Shown: positions 17,411 to 17,594 of the stretch, piece after piece
Layout of the letters: every line of letters starts with the position of its first letter
Position numbering within the stretch: position 1 is the stretch's first letter
DNA from: Longimicrobiales bacterium
Lineage (GTDB): Bacteria > Gemmatimonadota > Gemmatimonadetes > Longimicrobiales > Gaopeijiaceae
Assembly (NCBI GenBank): GCA_965197725.1
Contig: CBDANQ010000025.1
Location: 1 to 17,594, forward strand
DNA: 17,594 nucleotides
Direction of reading: 5' to 3'
Made by a program: the position numbers and the translations under genes
Notes under the pieces: model-generated
Told to the model about the DNA's origin: nothing
Seen by the model: the letters and a program-made list of their open reading frames with translations, nothing else
The model's database searches: none

Positions 17411-17484
17411 GGGCCCGTAGCTCAGTTGGTTAGAGCAGCCGACTCATAATCGGTAGGTCGCAGGTTCGATCCCTGCCGGGCCCA
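17411..17484 (+). tRNA. tRNA with CAT anticodon, most likely lysidine-modified tRNA-Ile2; CCA not encoded
   Basis: Full cloverleaf: GGGCCCG/CGGGCCC-A, D arm GCTC/GAGC, GCCGA-CTCATAA-TCGGT, GCAGG-TTCGATC-CCTGC. C4:G69 and C5:G68 pairs and the anticodon arm resemble Ile2, not fMet. Confidence 0.93.
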
Positions 17485-17485
17485 T

Positions 17486-17538
17486 TAGAGAAAGACCAGT
17501 AATTGCAACGTAATTGTTGCGGTGACTGGTCTTTTCTA
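17486..17538 (+). terminator. Long AT-rich hairpin directly after the tRNA, terminator-like
   Basis: AAAGACCAGT (17491-17500) pairs with ACTGGTCTTT (17525-17534); inner GCAAC/GTTGC; T-rich 3' side. Confidence 0.6.
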
Positions 17539-17544
17539 TTACAG

Positions 17545-17568
17545 CAGTAACAACGATACAGTAACAAC
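17545..17568. repeat. Direct repeat CAGTAACAAC x2, putative integrase arm-type sites
   Basis: Exact copies at 17545-17554 and 17559-17568 in AT-rich sequence about 60 bp after the tRNA. Confidence 0.55.
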
Positions 17569-17594
17569 AGCCTCGATTATTGGAGAGTCATTTG

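Noticed and set aside
17411..17484. Initiator or elongator tRNA-Met
   Set aside because: G1:C72 is paired and there are no three consecutive G:C pairs in the anticodon stem, so not fMet. Acceptor and anticodon arms fit Ile2 better than elongator Met, though a covariance-model check is needed.

Overview
GC-rich bacterial chromosome segment (gene order and protein style suggest Gemmatimonadota; inference only) that appears to sit between two tRNA-targeted integrative elements. The left end has a displaced 3' half of tRNA-Ser(TGA) preceded by short direct repeats (attR-like). The right end has an intact tRNA-Ile2(CAT) followed by an AT-rich hairpin and direct repeats (attL-like). A complete 2098-bp IS21-family element (istA/istB) splits a DUF1348/SnoaL-like gene, which is also truncated at its 3' end. 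That gene is the last of a tightly packed minus-strand cluster: NhaC-family transporter with an extra N-terminal domain, 1179-aa Ig/DUF11 lipoprotein, and a putative outer-membrane beta-barrel. This cluster is the best candidate for an undescribed envelope system. The rest is core genes: pyrR-pyrB-pyrC, rpsT, M50 site-2 protease, scpA, scpB, rluB-like synthase and upp. Other anomalies are an in-frame trkA'-'trkH deletion chimera, +1 frameshifts in scpB and rluB, and several substitutions at normally conserved residues, which could reflect either consensus error or genome erosion. All calls are from motif recognition by eye; no database searches were run.
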